Shown here in pieces: positions 58,165 through 64,000 of a stretch of 64,000 nt of DNA. The notes beneath the pieces are model-generated. The model made no database searches. It was not told the DNA's origin and saw nothing but the letters and a program-made list of their open reading frames with translations. How positions within the stretch are numbered: position 1 is the stretch's first letter; each line of letters opens with the position of its first letter. The position numbers and the translations under genes are program-made. This stretch comes from an uncultured delta proteobacterium (GTDB lineage Bacteria > Myxococcota > Myxococcia > Myxococcales > Anaeromyxobacteraceae), in contig CAVYBH010000012.1 of the NCBI GenBank assembly GCA_963766715.1, positions 160,001 through 224,000 on the forward strand, given 5' to 3'.

Positions 58165-59664
58165 ATGCGAAATTGGATTCGAGGCGCGGCGCTCCTGGCG
58201 GCGCTCACGGCGAGCGTCCCGGCGCTCGCGCAGGGCGCTGCGACGGGCACGGCTTCGTCGCCGCCCCCGAAGACGGCCCTTCAGCTGATGCTCCAGAAGG
58301 GCGTCATCACCCAGGCCGAGTACGACGCGGCAATCGCGGCGCCGGCTGCCACCGAGGTCATCAAGGAGGTCCGCGAGACGGTCGTCGTCCAGGAGTCCCC
58401 GAAGCTCAACCCGCCGCCGGTCACGAGCAAGTGGAACGCGACGATGTACGGCTTCATCGAGGCCGACTTCATCTACGACTCGACCCAGAGCTTCGCCGAC
58501 CTCGCCGGGAACGGGGTCATCGCGGCGAATGGCTACGCCGCGAAGAATCACCGGCTGCAGTTCAGCGTCCGCAACACCCGCCTCGGCTTCCGCTTCGCCG
58601 CCCCCGAGTGGGGGAGCGTGAAGTCGACGGCCGTCCTGGAGATGGACTTCTTCGGCAACCAGCCGAGCAACCCGCCGCCGGCGGCGGGCTCCCTCGTGTC
58701 GGAGGGCCGGCTTCTTCAACAACCCGGGCATGCGCATCCGCCACGCCTACATGAAGCTGGAGTCGCCGATCGTGGACTTCCTCTTCGGCCAGACCTGGGA
58801 GCTCTTCGGCTGGCAGTCTACTTCCACCCGAACACCGTCGACCTCCAGGGCGTGCCGGCCAGGTCTACTCGCGCACCATCCAGGCCCGCGTGTCGAAGAC
58901 CATCAGAGCGACCCGGTCAACGTGGAGATCGCCATCGCCGCTTCGCGTCCCCCGCAGCGTGACTCGTACGTTCCGGACGTCCAGGCCGGCCTGAAGTTCA
59001 ACCTGAACAACTGGAAGGGCGTCGCCACCGCCGGCGGGACCGGGACGAGCTTCTTCCTGCCTCCCTCGCGGCTCCGGGACTGGCGCCGCTTCCAGGTGCA
59101 GGAGTCAACCCGCGACCGGGAACCCGAACGCCAGCGCCGTCGACCCGGCTGGGGCTACCGCTCGACGTCCTCCTGCCATCATCCCGGTCCATGACGGGAC
59201 CGCTCCAACGCCTGACCTTCACGGGTCGTTCGTGAACGGTTCGGGCATCAACGACCTTACACTGGGCTGAACGGCGGCCTGTCGGCAGACGGCGCCTCGG
59301 CTCCCGGCCACCGCGCACGGGCTACGTGCCGAACATCGACCCGGGCTACGTGGTGTTCCCGCAGAACGGGAAGCTCAACACCATCAACTGGCGCTCGTTC
59401 ATCCTGGGCCTCCAGTACTACCTGCCGGACTCCGGTCGCGTCTGGGTCTCGGCGAACTACTCGAACATGTACTCGACAACATCCGCTGTACGCGAACCCG
59501 GCAACGATCTTCCAGCGCGCCCAACTCGCCGACGGCAACATGTTCTGGGACGCCACGAACGCCGTGCGGTTCGGCCTCGAGTACGCCTGGTTCTTCCAGA
59601 ACCGTCCGAACGGGGACCGGCCACGAACAACCGCGTCCAGTTCTCGGCGTACTACCTCTTCTAG
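58165..59664 (+). CDS. Outer membrane porin-like beta-barrel (DcaP-like; heavily frameshifted)
   Basis: Signal peptide, LLQKGVITQAEY-type leader, YGFIEAD, NTRLGF, EMDFFG, RIRHAY, GQTW, C-terminal QFSAYYLF. Confidence 0.75.
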
Positions 59665-59756
59665 GACGCCTCGGACCGGTCCGGAAGGGGTTGCTACACG
59701 GGGACCGGCCCGGGTGGGCCGTCCCGTCTCTCGCCTCCGGGAGGTAGCCATCGCGA

Positions 59757-60284
59757 ATGCGCTTCCCACGTCCTCGTCGCCGTCGGCATCGGGCGGTCCG
59801 CTACTTTCGGGCTGCGCGACCCTCCGAGGCCGCGGACAACGCGCGGTCGAGCGCGCTGCAGGCCGAGTTCGAGGAGCATCCCTTCCCGCAAGCGTGCGAC
59901 GGGCTCTGGCCCGATGCGCTCAGCGTGGCGGCGCGAGGCGGGCTTCGCGCTCTCATCGAAGGACAAGGCGCTCGTGGGCGAGATCCCGGACGGCTTGATG
60001 CGCAGGCGCATGTCGGCCGCGACCCAGACCTACCGGCTGCCAGGAGGGCGGCCTCGCGTCCTCGACGGACTGGAACCGGGAGAGCGGCACGCGGCTGCGG
60101 ATCACCGGCGACCCCGCCGGGGAGAACGCCTGCAAGGTCCGCTACGACGTCATCGCCGGTGGGGTCACCACCGCCGACGAGCAGGAGCTGGGCCCCGACT
60201 GGAGCTACGACCTCGATCTGCTGCAGGTGCGTGGATCCGGCGAAGGCCGCAGCGGTCGAGACGAAGCTCCCTGCGCCGCGGTGA
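59757..60284 (+). CDS. Putative lipoprotein (frameshifted)
   Basis: LLSGC lipobox-like segment; coding-like fragments across frames. Confidence 0.45.
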   Translation: MRFPRPRRRRHRAVRYFRAARPSEAADNARSSALQAEFEEHPFPQACDGLWPDALSVAARGGLRALIEGQGARGRDPGRLDAQAHVGRDPDLPAARRAASRPRRTGTGRAARGCGSPATPPGRTPARSATTSSPVGSPPPTSRSWAPTGATTSICCRCVDPAKAAAVETKLPAPR

Positions 60285-60290
60285 CCGAGG

Positions 60291-62683
60291 TCAGCGCCGG
60301 AGCGGACCACCGTCACGGCGTCTCCGCCCTCGTGCGACTCCCCTCGGCGGAAGGAGCCCACGTAGGGGGAGGCGCCCAGGTGGTCGCGAAGCGCCTGCTT
60401 CAGCGCGCCCGTGCCATGGCCGTGGAGGATGGACGCATCGGCCGCGCCCTCCGCGTAGAGCCGGTCGAGGAAGGCGTCCACCTCGCGGAGCAGGTCGTCG
60501 ACGCGCATCCCCCGCACGTCGAGCCGCCGCTCGCCCGAGGTGAGCGCCGCGGGGCGGGCCCCTTCCGCCTCGCGGAGCCGCTCGTCCCGCGCCCGCGCGA
60601 GCTTCGCCGGCGCTGGCTTCCCGCGCAGGGGCAGGAGGTCGGCCATCGGGCGGCGCATCTTCAGCCCGCCGAGCCGGATGACGGCCTCGTCGCCCGAGAT
60701 CTCGAGCACCTCTCCCTCCTGACCCAGCGAGGCGACGCGGACGCGGGCGCCGGGCTCGACCACGCCGCCGGGAGCGGCCTCCGGAGCTGCGGCCGCCTGC
60801 GAGCCTGCCACGCGGGACGCCTTCTCCATGGCCGCGGACCAGGATTCGAGCTGGCGTGCGGCCTCGGTCGCCTTCCTCACGGTCGGGGCGGACTGCAGGC
60901 TGGCGAGGACGCGGCGGACCTCGTCGCGCGCCTCCTCGACCTCCTCGGCCAGCGACGCGGCCACCCGGGCGGCGGCCTCCTTCTCGGCGCGGAACGCGGA
61001 TTCCTCGCGACGCCGGGCCGCCTCCTCGCGCTGGCGGGCCGCCTCGGCCTCCCGCGCGAGGTCGGCGCGCTGGGCCTCCAGGCGGGATCGCTCGTCCGAG
61101 AGCGCGCGCAGCGCCTCGCCGAGCGCACCGCCGCGCCCGGACAGGGAGGCCCGCGCCCGCTCGATCAGGGACTCGGGCAGGCCGACGCGACGGGCCACCT
61201 CGATGGCGGACGAGCTTCCCGGGCTGCCCAGGTGCAGCTGGAAGGTGGGGGCGAGCCTCTCCGGATCGAATCCGACGCGGGCGTTCGCGAAGCGGTCGTC
61301 GGACAGGGCCAGCGCCTTCAGCTCGTCGAGGTGCGTGGTGACGAGCACGTGGGCGCCGCGATCGAGCAGGTCCTCCAGGATGGCCGACGCGAGCGCCGAC
61401 CCTTCGCGCGGGTCGGTGTCCGCCGCGATCTCGTCCACCAGCACCAGCGACGCGGGGCCGGCGGCGGCGGCGATGTCGCGCACCGCCGTCAGGTGTGCGG
61501 TGAAGGTGGAGAGGTCGCGGGCCAGGTCCCCGTGCTCCTCCACCGCGGCCCGGACGGCGCCGTAGAAGGGAAGGCGGGAGCCGCGCCCGGCAGGGACGGG
61601 CAGCCCCGCGCGCAGCATGAGGGCGGAGAGCCCCACGGCGGTGATGGCCACGGTCTTCCCGCCGCCGTTCGGCCCGGAGACCACCAGCGCCCGGTGCGGG
61701 GGCTCGAGCCGGACGTCGCTCGCCACGACCTTCTTGTCCTGGAGCACCAGGATGGGGTGGCGCAGGTCGCGCAGGGAGAACCCGTCCGCCGGCGTGACGA
61801 CCTCGGGGGCCGATGCGTCCAGGTCGGAGGCCAGCCGCGCCTCGGCCTCCAGCAGGTCGAGGGCGGAGAGGATCGACAGGTCGCGCTGCAGGTCGGCGGC
61901 GCGGGCCGTCACGCCCTCCGAGAGGTCGCGCAGGATCCGCTCCTCCTCCTCGGCGGCCATCGCGCTCGCGATGGCGAGCTCGTTTCCCAGCTCGACCATC
62001 CCCTCCGGCTCGACGAAGAGGGTCTGCCCGGACTGCGAGGCGTTGTGGACGATGCCGGGGACGGCCGAGCGGGAGCTGGCCAGGATCGGCAGCACGTAGC
62101 GGTCGTTTCGGATGGTGAAGTAGGCGTCGCGCAGGTGGCGCGTCATCTCCTCGTCGACGAGCAGCGACTCGACCCTCGTCTTCAGGGCCTTGTGGAGCCC
62201 CCGGGACCGCTCGCGCAGGCGGGCGAGCTCCGGGCTGGCCCGCTCCGAGACGGAGCCCGCGGGCTCGATGGCGGCCTCGATCCGGTCGGCCAGGCGTCCC
62301 GCGTCGGACAGGGGCTCCGCCAGGGCCCAGAGGCGGGGGAGGTCCGGCGCGCGGGAGGAGAGGACCTTCCGGGTGCGGGCCGCGGAACGGGCCAGCGCGG
62401 CGACCTCCCGGAGCGCGAGCGGCTCGAGCACGCCGCCCTTGGTGGCGCGTTCCAGGCTCCCGGACGGATCGGCATCGGCCCCGATCGGGAGCGAGGTCTG
62501 GGACTCGGAGAGGGCACGGGCCTCGGCCAGCCGAGCCAGCGCGTCGCGGACCTCGGCGGGCAGGTCGAGGAAGGGAAGCGACGCGGCCATCGCGCGCCCG
62601 CCCGGTGTGCGGCACCGCGCGGCGAGCGCCTCGAGGATGCGCGGCCACCCCAGCTCTTCGAGCGTGCGCTCGAGTGCGCTCAA
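60291..62683 (-). CDS. mutS2: Endonuclease MutS2 with Smr domain (terminal frameshift)
   Basis: RNDRYVLP, SQSGQTLFVEP, SGPNGGGKT, LSTFTAH, DEIAADTDP, TTH, LDVRG..HGHGTGAL..EGGDAVTVV. Confidence 0.93.
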
Positions 62684-63108
62684 CGAGCCTCCGGGGCGGG
62701 CCCCTGGAGCCGCAGCAGCACCCACGCGATGGCCAGGCTTCGCGGGATGCCGGTGGCGAGCGCCGCGATCACGGCGCCGGCGGGGGCGTCCAGCCACACC
62801 CAGGCGAGCAGTCCCTCCGCGAGGGCCCAGAAGCCCACCAGCCAGCCGGACAGGGCGAGGAGGCGGCGGGGAGCCTCGGGCGGCACGATCGAGAGCATGA
62901 GGAGGTCGATGGCGGCGAGCACCACCGACGCCATGGGGGCGAGCACCGCGGGCGAGACCATCCCGCGGATCATCTCCGGCATGTACGCGTGCAGGAGGTG
63001 GGGCGGGGCCAGCGCCGGGATCACCCAGCCGAGCCCGTCGAAGGCCAGGTTGGCCCCCCATGCGGCGAGGAAGAGGACGAAGGGCCCGGCTCGTTTCCCA
63101 GTCGACAT
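62680..63108 (-). CDS. Hypothetical multi-TM membrane protein
   Basis: About four hydrophobic segments; stop overlaps mutS2 start. Confidence 0.6.
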   Translation of the reverse strand: MSTGKRAGPFVLFLAAWGANLAFDGLGWVIPALAPPHLLHAYMPEMIRGMVSPAVLAPMASVVLAAIDLLMLSIVPPEAPRRLLALSGWLVGFWALAEGLLAWVWLDAPAGAVIAALATGIPRSLAIAWVLLRLQGPAPEAR

Positions 63109-63188
63109 GCCGTCTCGCACCCCCTCCGCGGCGCAGGAGTCTGCCACAGGTGGCCGCGAGTCGGGAAAGGCCGGTTAGAATGTCGGCC

Positions 63189-64000
63189 ATGGCGAGGCGG
63201 CGGACGGTCGAGGTGGTTCCGGGCCTGGAGGTGCTGGTGAAGAGCCGCTTCGCCCCGCTGCGGGGGATGCGGGTCGGCCTGATCTGCAACCCGACCTCGG
63301 TCGACCGGCGGTTGCGCCACGCCGCCGACCTGCTGGCCGGCGCGCACGGCGTTCGGCTCGCCGCGCTCTTCGGTCCCGAGCACGGCGTCCGGGGCGACGT
63401 GCAGTACATGGCCGCCGTGGGAGACGACCGGGACCGCGTCACCGGCCTCCCCGTTCACTCCTTGTACGGAGCGTCCCCGGAGTCGCTCCGCCCCCGCCGG
63501 TCGCAGCTCGAGGGGCTCGACGCGCTGGTCTTCGACGTCCAGGACGTCGGCGCCCGCTACTACACCTACCAGGCCACCATGATGCTGTGCATGGAGGCGG
63601 CCGCCGAGGCCGGGCTGCGCTTCGTGGTGCTCGATCGCCCCAACCCGGTGGGCGGCCTGGAGGTGGAGGGGCCCGCCCTTCGACGCGGGTTCGAGAGCTT
63701 CTGCGGCATGCACGATCTCGCGGTGCGGCACGGGATGACGGTGGGCGAGCTGGCCGCACTCTTCCGCGAGGAGCGGGCCCTCGATCTCGATCTGGCCGTG
63801 GTGCCCTGCGAGGGGTGGAAGCGGGGCATGCGGTTCCCGGAGACCGGGCTGCCCTGGGTGCTTCCTTCGCCCAACATGCCCACGGCGGAGACCGCGCTCC
63901 TCTACCCGGGGATGTGCCTGCTCGAGGGGACCAACCTCTCCGAGGGGAGGGGGACGACCCGACCCTTCCACCTCTTCGGCGCGCCCTGGCTGGACGGCAT
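63189..64000 (+). CDS. namZ: Exo-beta-N-acetylmuramidase NamZ (DUF1343), 3'-truncated
   Basis: Translated directly: VGLICNPTS, LFGPEHG, SLYG, FDVQDVGARYYTY, VLDRPNP, RHGMTVGELA, PSPNMP. Confidence 0.9.
   Translation, partial: MARRRTVEVVPGLEVLVKSRFAPLRGMRVGLICNPTSVDRRLRHAADLLAGAHGVRLAALFGPEHGVRGDVQYMAAVGDDRDRVTGLPVHSLYGASPESLRPRRSQLEGLDALVFDVQDVGARYYTYQATMMLCMEAAAEAGLRFVVLDRPNPVGGLEVEGPALRRGFESFCGMHDLAVRHGMTVGELAALFREERALDLDLAVVPCEGWKRGMRFPETGLPWVLPSPNMPTAETALLYPGMCLLEGTNLSEGRGTTRPFHLFGAPWLDG

Overview
Very high-GC bacterial chromosome segment, most consistent with Myxococcota (Anaeromyxobacter-like; inferred from HRDVSPxN Ser/Thr kinases, an AsgB-like regulator before purH, PurS-fused PurL and the Pal-type motif). 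It holds mostly core genes: purH-purD-purE-lptF-lptG-tsaC-DUF1015-hemB, rsmB-like, tRNA-Ala(GGC), purL-purQ, yggX, moeA, rnr, a liv ABC operon, mutS2 and namZ. Two accessory-looking blocks lie after tRNA-Ala (Pal fusion, Zn-PLC/P1-like secreted protein, two paralogous PAS kinases, ECF sigma pair) and at 48.8-59.7 kb (Usp-RND-MFP-TolC divergent from a sigma54 two-component system and a porin). Many genes, including housekeeping ones, carry single-base indels that look like long-read errors, so boundaries of frameshifted genes are approximate. The strongest signal is a radical SAM gene (36740-38155, minus strand) whose apparent TGA stop looks like a selenocysteine codon: it gives a C-U-A-E-P tail followed by a SECIS-like hairpin. 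It follows yggX by 7 nt and abuts an ATP-grasp ligase, suggesting an uncharacterised selenoenzyme pathway. Also notable are a 37-aa highly basic ORF missed by the ORF track and two well-defined operator/promoter architectures.
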